NCBI GenBank assembly: GCA_040219065.1
Contig: JAVJTD010000267.1
Coordinates: 33 to 64,032, forward strand
Length of the DNA stretch: 64,000 nucleotides
DNA from: Planctomycetota bacterium
Lineage (GTDB): Bacteria > Planctomycetota > OFTM77
Direction: 5' to 3'
The notes under the pieces are model-generated. The model had not been told where the DNA came from, made no database searches, and worked only from the letters and a program-made list of their open reading frames with translations. Position 1 is the stretch's first letter. Each line of letters starts with the position of its first letter. The position numbers and the translations under genes are program-made. Shown here piece by piece: positions 57,960 to 64,000 of the stretch.

Positions 57960-59186
57960 TCAGGCGTATCGTACGCGAACGGCGTCGATGACGGCGCGCA
58001 TCGCGTCCTCGACCACCGAGGTCTCGGGGTGGCGCACGATGACGTGGCCGTCGCCCTCGTAGCTGTCGGACTTGGGGGCGCCGATGGTGGGCACCTTCGC
58101 CTCGACCACCAGGTCCCCGATGGCGCGGTGCACCGCGTCCAGCCCCTCCACGCCGAGCACCCGCCCGCGCCCGATCCCGCGCAAGAACGCCGAGCCGCTC
58201 GCGTAGCGTCGCTCGAAGGGGCCGTCGAAGGCCTCGTCGATCACCGCGCGCGCCCACGCGCGGTACATGCTGGTGTCGTGCGCGAGCCCGGTCAGCCGCA
58301 CGATGTTGGCCCCGGGCGGGCGCGCCGCGATCTCCCCGATCGCGAGCGACCCGTCCTCGCGGCGGAACCACTCCATGTGCGTCATGCCGCTGCCGAGCCC
58401 GAGCGCCTTCACGGCGCGCTTCGCCAGCGCGGCCGCCTCCTGCACGCCCGGACCGTCCAGCTCGCGCGGGGCGATGACCGCCCACTGGATCCAGTCGTTC
58501 TCGACCACCTCGAGCGGCGTCGGGTGGTACTCGGTGCTCGAGAACATCCGCACCTCGCCCTTGACCGTGATGGTCTCCAGGCTGTGCTCGCGGCCGCGCA
58601 GGAATTCCTCGGCCAGGACCGGGTCCTCGCTCCGCGGCTGGAGCGCCTCGAGCGCGGCGCGCGCCTGCTCGATCGACTCGATGCGCCACGTCGCCTTGCA
58701 GGCCATGCCGGCCGGCGGCTTCAGCACGATCGGGAAGCCGACCTCGTCGAGGAACGCGCCCGCGTCCTCCCAGGAGCGCAGGAGCCGGTGCCGCGCCGTG
58801 GGCAGGCCCGCCGCCCGCAGGGCGTCCTTCATCATCGCCTTGTCGCGGAAGAGCGCCGCCGTCTTCTCGTCCGTGCCGCTCACCCCGAAGTGCGCCCGGA
58901 GCTTGGCCAGCTCCACCTGCATCGGCTCGAGGATCCCGAGGATGCGGTCGGGCCGCCCGTGCTTCGCGGCGAGCCGCTCGATGGCGCCCGCGAGCTGACC
59001 GAGATCCATGGGGTTGTCGACCCGCGCCATGTCGTGGAACAGCCCGGAGTCCGCGCCACCGGGGGCCGTGTGCACGACGCCGAGGAGGCGACCACGCCCT
59101 CCGTCTTCGGAGAGCAGCGCCTTGCTCGCGCGCACGAAGCGCAGCGTGGTCTCGGCGGGGAAGGGGGCGATGAAGATGACGTTCAT
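57960..59186 (-). CDS. ATP-grasp family protein
   Basis: FRDKAMMK, GFPIVLKPPAG, AEEFLRG.E, THMEWF, GEIAARPPG. Confidence 0.92.
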   Translation of the reverse strand: MNVIFIAPFPAETTLRFVRASKALLSEDGGRGRLLGVVHTAPGGADSGLFHDMARVDNPMDLGQLAGAIERLAAKHGRPDRILGILEPMQVELAKLRAHFGVSGTDEKTAALFRDKAMMKDALRAAGLPTARHRLLRSWEDAGAFLDEVGFPIVLKPPAGMACKATWRIESIEQARAALEALQPRSEDPVLAEEFLRGREHSLETITVKGEVRMFSSTEYHPTPLEVVENDWIQWAVIAPRELDGPGVQEAAALAKRAVKALGLGSGMTHMEWFRREDGSLAIGEIAARPPGANIVRLTGLAHDTSMYRAWARAVIDEAFDGPFERRYASGSAFLRGIGRGRVLGVEGLDAVHRAIGDLVVEAKVPTIGAPKSDSYEGDGHVIVRHPETSVVEDAMRAVIDAVRVRYA

Positions 59187-59491
59187 GGCGGAGTGGGCGC
59201 CGCTCTACCCCAGCGCGGCGCCGCCGCAAAGCGGCCAGCGTGACGGAGCGCGCACCCGTGCCCCCACGCTCACGACGCGGACGCGGCACGGCTTGCCGAG
59301 CATCAGCGCGCTCGGGTCGGGGCCGCGAGCTGGCGTGCGCACGACCGGGAGGTCGGCCGGACCTTCCTGGGAGCGCGCCGTTCGCCGCGGCCCTCGGCGC
59401 GCGGCTCAGCGTCGCTCCTCGTCGGAGTGCTTCGAGTATTCCTCGTCGTCGCTGCTCGATTCGAAACGCCGATGCCTCGCGGCGACTCGGT

Positions 59492-59518
59492 CATCTCCCC
59501 CATCTCCCCCATCTCCCC
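59492..59518. repeat. 3 x 9-bp tandem repeat CATCTCCCC
   Basis: exact triple copy; reads GGGGAGATG on the minus strand. Confidence 0.8.
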
Positions 59519-59555
59519 TTCGGCGAGGTACCAGCGAATCGCCGGGCGCGTGCGG

Positions 59556-60677
59556 CTACGTGGGCGCGAGCAGTGCGGCGAGCGCGAACCCGAGGCCCGC
59601 GCCCACCGTGATGAGCGCGGCCGCGAGCCAGACGAGCGAGCGGGTCGACGGCGCGGCCGGAGCCGGAGCGGGGGGCACCGAGGGGTGGCGCGGACGAACG
59701 GCCGCCTCCACGAGGCGGCGCTGTTCGGCCAGCTCGTTGCCGAACATGTTCGAGAGGTGATCTTCGAGCGAGATCGGACCCTCGCTCGCGGCCAGCTCGC
59801 TGACCAGCGCGTCGAGGCGCCGGGCGACGTTGGCCGCCGTCGGCGGGCGCTCATCGGGGGTGAAGGCGAGGAGCTCCGCGAGCAGGACCTCGAGGCTCGG
59901 CGGCACGTCCGGGCGCACATCCCGGATCCGGACCGGCTCGGCGCGGTGCATGACCGCGACCGCGCGCGCGATGCCGTCTTCGCCCTCGAAGGGGTGCTGG
60001 CCGCTGAGCAGCTCGTGCAGGACGACGCCGAGCGAGAAGAGGTCACTGCGCCGGTCGAGCGGCTGGTTGGCCACCTGCTCGGGCGACATGTAGGAGTAGC
60101 GGCCCTTCCGGACGCCGATCGCCGTCGCCGTGAACCGCCGCTTGGCCTTGGCGACCCCGAAGTCGAGGAGCCTGACGCGGCCGTCGACGCCGACGAGGAC
60201 GTTGGGCGGCGCGAGGTCGCGATGGACGAGCCCGAGCGGCTCGCCGTCGACGTCGCGGGCCTCGTGCGCGGCGTGGAGCCCGTGCGCCACCTGCGCCGCG
60301 ATGGTCGCGCAGAGCTGGGCGGGCAGGGCCTCTCGCGTCCCGTCGATCACGGCGCGCAGGTCGAGCCCTTCGACGAAGTCCATCGCGATGAAGGGGCCGT
60401 TGGCGTCGCAGCCCGTGTCCCGGACCGCCACCACGTTCTCGTGGTGGATGCGGCTGGCCAGGCGGGCTTCGTCGAGGAACATGTCCATCCGTCCGGGGTC
60501 GCTCGCCTCGCTCGGATGAAGCCGCTTCACCGCATAGAGTTGCCCGTCAGGCGGGCGAATCGCGAGCTCGATGACGCCGAAGCCCCCGTGGGCCAGCAAG
60601 GCCAGGCGACGGAACGAAGCGTCGATGGCGGTGGACTCCTCGAGGTGGCTGCTCTTGGTGGTGAGGTCCGGGTTCAT
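59556..60677 (-). CDS. Hanks-type Ser/Thr protein kinase with C-terminal TM helix
   Basis: LAHGGFG, YAVKRL, VHRDLAPPNVL, DFGVAK, YMSPEQ, SDLFSLG. Confidence 0.93.
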   Translation of the reverse strand: MNPDLTTKSSHLEESTAIDASFRRLALLAHGGFGVIELAIRPPDGQLYAVKRLHPSEASDPGRMDMFLDEARLASRIHHENVVAVRDTGCDANGPFIAMDFVEGLDLRAVIDGTREALPAQLCATIAAQVAHGLHAAHEARDVDGEPLGLVHRDLAPPNVLVGVDGRVRLLDFGVAKAKRRFTATAIGVRKGRYSYMSPEQVANQPLDRRSDLFSLGVVLHELLSGQHPFEGEDGIARAVAVMHRAEPVRIRDVRPDVPPSLEVLLAELLAFTPDERPPTAANVARRLDALVSELAASEGPISLEDHLSNMFGNELAEQRRLVEAAVRPRHPSVPPAPAPAAPSTRSLVWLAAALITVGAGLGFALAALLAPT

Positions 60678-60822
60678 GCTCTCTCCGAGCGGCCCAGGGC
60701 GCGGCGTTCGGCCACATTTGCAGGCCCCGAGGCGCGGCGTCAACGCCGGGCTGCGGCGCGTCGCGACGGTGCTACGCTTGGCCGATCGCCAACATCCCTC
60801 GACCCGCCAGCGGTTGGAGCTC

Positions 60823-62532
60823 ATGCGCGTACCTGAAGTGTTGTGGTCGCTGACCGACCAAGGCGTCATCGACGAGGTCGTCCGTCCCCTCAAGAGCGGC
60901 AAGGAGGCCCAGGTCTACCTCGTGCGCGCCGGCGGCGACGTGCGGGTGGCCAAGGTCTACAAGGACGCGAGCGAGCGCTCGTTCAAGCAGCGCGCCCAGT
61001 ACTCGGAGGGTCGTCGGGTCCGCAACACGCGCGACCAGCGGGCCATCGACCGGCGCAGCCGCCACGGCCGAGCGCAGGAGGAGCAGGCCTGGAAGTCGGC
61101 CGAGGTCGACGTGATCCACCGGCTCCACGCGCAGGGTGTGCGCGTCCCCGCCCCGTGGAACTTCATCGACGGGGTGCTGATCATGGAGCTCGTCCGCGGC
61201 GACGACGGATACCCCGCGCCGCGGCTGGCGGAGCTCGACCTCGACGCCCAGACGGCCACCGCGTACTTCGAGCGCCTGCTCCGCGAGGTCGTCAAGATGC
61301 TGTGCGCGGGAATCGTGCACGGCGACCTCTCGGACTACAACATCCTCGTCGACGCGGACGGGCCGGTGGTCATCGACTTCCCGCAGTCGGTCGACGCGGC
61401 GCAGAACCGCAACGCCAAGAAGCTGCTGATCCGCGACGTGGACAACCTCTCGGCGTTCCTCTCGCGCTTCTCGCCGAGCGCCCGCCGTCGGCCGTACGGG
61501 GAGGAGCTCTGGGCCGCCTACGAGAGCAACACGCTCACCCCGGACCTCGAGCTCACGGGCCGCTTCCAGCGCTCGTCGGCGCCGGTCGACATGCGCGGCA
61601 TCCTCTCGCAGATCGAGGACGCCGACGAAGACGAGCGGCGTCGCCGTGAGAAGGTCGGCGGGCAGCCGCAGCGCAAGCGCGAGGTCGTGATGACGGCGCC
61701 GCAGCCCGAGGGCGGCCGCGGACGCCGCCGCTCGGGTGGCGCGGGCGGGGCGCCCAACGAGCGCGCCGCGCGGAGCGGAGACCCGCGCCGCCGCGACGCC
61801 CGCGCCGGAGACGGCCGCAGCCGCAGCGACGGCGACGCCCGGGCTCGTGGCGGGGACACCCGCGATGGCGATCCCCGGAGCCGCAACGGCGACGGGCGCG
61901 GCCGTGACGCACGCAACGGCGACGCCCGGAGCCGTCACGGAGACGGGCGCAACGGCGAGGCTCGGAGCCGGAGCGGAGACGGGCGCAACAGCGAGGCTCG
62001 GAGCCGGAGCGGCGATGCGCGCCGCGACGACGCGCGCAGCCGTGACGGCCGGAGCCGCGATGGCGACGCGCGGCGCGACGACGCACGCGGTCGCGACGGC
62101 GACGCGCGCCGCGACGTGCGCAGCCGTGACGGTGGGAGCCGCGATGGCGACGCGCGCCATGGCGACGTCCGCGGTCGCGACGGCGAAGGGCGCCGCGGCG
62201 ACGCGCGCAGCCGTGACGGTGGGAGCCGCGATGGCGACGCGCGCCATGGCGACGCCCGCGGTCGCGACGGCGACGCGCGGAGCCGCAGCGCTGAGGGGCG
62301 CGGCCACGACTCGCAGCGCCCGGAGGAGGGCGCGCCTCCGAAGCGCCGCCGCCGCCGCCGCCGTAGCGGGGACCCGAAGCCGGACGAAGGTCGCCAGCCG
62401 CAGTCGCAGCAGCCTCCGCAGCAGAACGGTGCGAGGGAAGCCCCGCGGTCGGGCGCCGAGGACGGAGCGCCGAAGCGTCGTCGCCGTCGCCGCCGTCGCC
62501 GCAAGTCCCCCGCGCCCCTCTCGGGCGGCTGA
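60823..62532 (+). CDS. RIO1-like protein kinase with long Arg/Asp/Gly repetitive tail
   Basis: LKSGKEAQVY, AKVYK, VHGDLSDYNIL, VIDFPQ; tail of RDGDAR repeats and poly-Arg runs. Confidence 0.92.
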   Translation: MRVPEVLWSLTDQGVIDEVVRPLKSGKEAQVYLVRAGGDVRVAKVYKDASERSFKQRAQYSEGRRVRNTRDQRAIDRRSRHGRAQEEQAWKSAEVDVIHRLHAQGVRVPAPWNFIDGVLIMELVRGDDGYPAPRLAELDLDAQTATAYFERLLREVVKMLCAGIVHGDLSDYNILVDADGPVVIDFPQSVDAAQNRNAKKLLIRDVDNLSAFLSRFSPSARRRPYGEELWAAYESNTLTPDLELTGRFQRSSAPVDMRGILSQIEDADEDERRRREKVGGQPQRKREVVMTAPQPEGGRGRRRSGGAGGAPNERAARSGDPRRRDARAGDGRSRSDGDARARGGDTRDGDPRSRNGDGRGRDARNGDARSRHGDGRNGEARSRSGDGRNSEARSRSGDARRDDARSRDGRSRDGDARRDDARGRDGDARRDVRSRDGGSRDGDARHGDVRGRDGEGRRGDARSRDGGSRDGDARHGDARGRDGDARSRSAEGRGHDSQRPEEGAPPKRRRRRRRSGDPKPDEGRQPQSQQPPQQNGAREAPRSGAEDGAPKRRRRRRRRRKSPAPLSGG

Positions 62533-62594
62533 GTCGGCCCGCGGCGCGTCGTTTCCCGTCACGGAGCTGCGCCGATCGGGGTAAGCTCGTCGTC

Positions 62595-63812
62595 ATCGAC
62601 GTCCTCTTCCTCGCCCCGACCTATCCCCCGGAGATGCGCCAGTACGCGCGCGGGCTCGCCGAGGTCGGCGCGCGTGTCCACGGCGTCGGCGACACGCCCC
62701 TCGAGGGGCTGCCGGCGGACAGCCGCCGCTATCTCTCGAGCTACCTAGCCGTGCCCCGGCTGCTCGACGAGGACGACGTGCTCGAGCGCGCCACGGCGTG
62801 GCTCCGAGGCCGCAGCATCGACCGGGTGCTCTGCAACTGGGAGCCGCTCATCGTGCTCGCGGCGCGGATGCGAGAGCGCTGGGGGGTGCCCGGCATGTCG
62901 GTCGACACCGCCATCGGCTTCCGCGACAAGGACGTGATGAAGCAGCGAGTCGAGGCGGCGGGCCTCCGCGTCCCGCGCGCCGCTCGCGCTCGCAGCGCTC
63001 GCCAGGTCTGGGCCGCGGCCGAGGAGATCGGCTACCCGCTCATCCTCAAGCCCATCGCGGGCGCGGGAAGCGCCGACACCTACCGAGTGGATGACGCGGT
63101 CGATCTCCAGCGCGTGCTCGACGCCGTGCGGCACGTCCCCGAGGTCAGCGTCGAGGAGTTCGTGCACGGTGAGGAGCGCACCTACGACACGGTGTGCGTG
63201 GACGGTCAGCCTCTGTTCGAGAACGTGGCGCAGTACCTGCCCAGGCCGCTCGAGGCGCGCTCGACGGAGTGGATCAGCCCCGTGATCATCACGGTCCGCG
63301 ATCTCGAGCGACCCGAGCTCCAGCCGGGCCTCGCCCTCGGCCGCGCGGTGCTCGGCGCGCTCGGCATGCAGGACGGCTTCACGCACATGGAGTGGTTCCT
63401 CACCGACGACGGCGAGGCGGTCTTCGGCGAGATCGGAGCCCGCCCGGGCGGCGCGCACCTGGTCGATCAGATGAACTACACATGTGACGTCGACCTCTTC
63501 GTCGAGTGGGCGCGCGCGGTCTGCTGGGGGCGCTTCGAGGGCGATACACAGCGCAAGTACAACTGCGCCATCACGTTCAAACGGGCGAAGGGCGCGGGCG
63601 CCATCCAGGCGGTCCGCGGCATGGACGCGCTCCGCCGCCGCTGCGGGCGCTGGCTCATCGAGGAGCGCCTGCTGCCGGTGGGCTCGCCGCGGCGCAACTG
63701 GCGCCACACGCTGGTGAGCGACGGCTACCTGATGTTCCGACACCCGGAGTGGGAAGAAGCCAAGGCGATGGCGTTCGCTGCGGCGACCGAGGTGGAGCTC
63801 ATCGCGGGCTGA
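62595..63812 (+). CDS. ATP-grasp family protein (paralog of 55277-56500 and 57960-59186)
   Basis: FRDKDVMK, GYPLILKPIAGAGS, EEFVHG.E, THMEWF, GEIGARPGG; homology extends to ATC at 62595, first ATG at 62634. Confidence 0.9.
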   Translation: MDVLFLAPTYPPEMRQYARGLAEVGARVHGVGDTPLEGLPADSRRYLSSYLAVPRLLDEDDVLERATAWLRGRSIDRVLCNWEPLIVLAARMRERWGVPGMSVDTAIGFRDKDVMKQRVEAAGLRVPRAARARSARQVWAAAEEIGYPLILKPIAGAGSADTYRVDDAVDLQRVLDAVRHVPEVSVEEFVHGEERTYDTVCVDGQPLFENVAQYLPRPLEARSTEWISPVIITVRDLERPELQPGLALGRAVLGALGMQDGFTHMEWFLTDDGEAVFGEIGARPGGAHLVDQMNYTCDVDLFVEWARAVCWGRFEGDTQRKYNCAITFKRAKGAGAIQAVRGMDALRRRCGRWLIEERLLPVGSPRRNWRHTLVSDGYLMFRHPEWEEAKAMAFAAATEVELIAG

Positions 63813-63860
63813 CCGGGCTCGAAGCTCCCGCGGCCTCCGCGTCTGCTGCCGACTCGGCAT

Positions 63861-64000
63861 CCGCTGCCGCTGCCGCTTCCGCTTCCGCTGCCGCTGCCGC
63901 TGCCGCTGCCGAGTTCGGAGCCGCTCCCGAGTCCGCCTCCGCTCCCGCTCCCGCTCCCGCTCCCGCTCCCGCTCCCGCTCCCGCTCCCGCTCCCGCTCCC
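63861..64000. repeat. 6-bp simple-sequence repeat (CCGCTG/CCGCTC)n running off the window end
   Basis: direct tandem hexamers. Confidence 0.9.

Noticed and set aside
56500-59289. 929-aa fused glycogen synthase ORF
   Set aside because: The N-terminal 445 aa are an off-frame shadow of the ATP-grasp gene 57960-59186; glgA starts at GTG 57951

Overview
High-GC bacterial DNA in two compositionally different blocks joined at about 51,533, where two genes are both cut. The left block (1-51.5 kb) opens with purE-purK, an RRM protein and a TerC-Usp-tandem nucleotidyltransferase operon. A decayed defence/mobile-element mosaic follows (about 9.9-23.4 kb): a GxxExxY nuclease-like gene embedded in a family of ~31-bp inverted repeats, HicAB-type genes, a split TPR gene, a dead integron integrase with three cassettes, and BREX-like fragments. 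The block continues with DUF2254/Acr3, a SNF2-SWIM operon, two giant CheB/CheR-PAS-kinase fusions and a nhaA/phosphoketolase deletion scar. It ends with a CBASS-like operon: a CD-NTase C-terminal tip, a Cap15-type 2TM-beta effector and a large diadenylate-cyclase (DisA_N) protein. The right block (51.5-64 kb) is higher in GC and myxobacterial in style. It holds a glycogen synthase in an operon with three ATP-grasp ligases, two esterases and a peptidase-E-like protein, plus a Ser/Thr kinase, a RIO kinase with a repetitive tail and a fourth ATP-grasp gene. Top candidates for undescribed systems: (1) CD-NTase/Cap15/DAC, (2) GxxExxY plus its palindromic repeats, (3) the glgA/ATP-grasp/esterase cluster. 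No rRNA, tRNA or CRISPR array was recognised. Family assignments come from motif recognition by eye, not from database searches.
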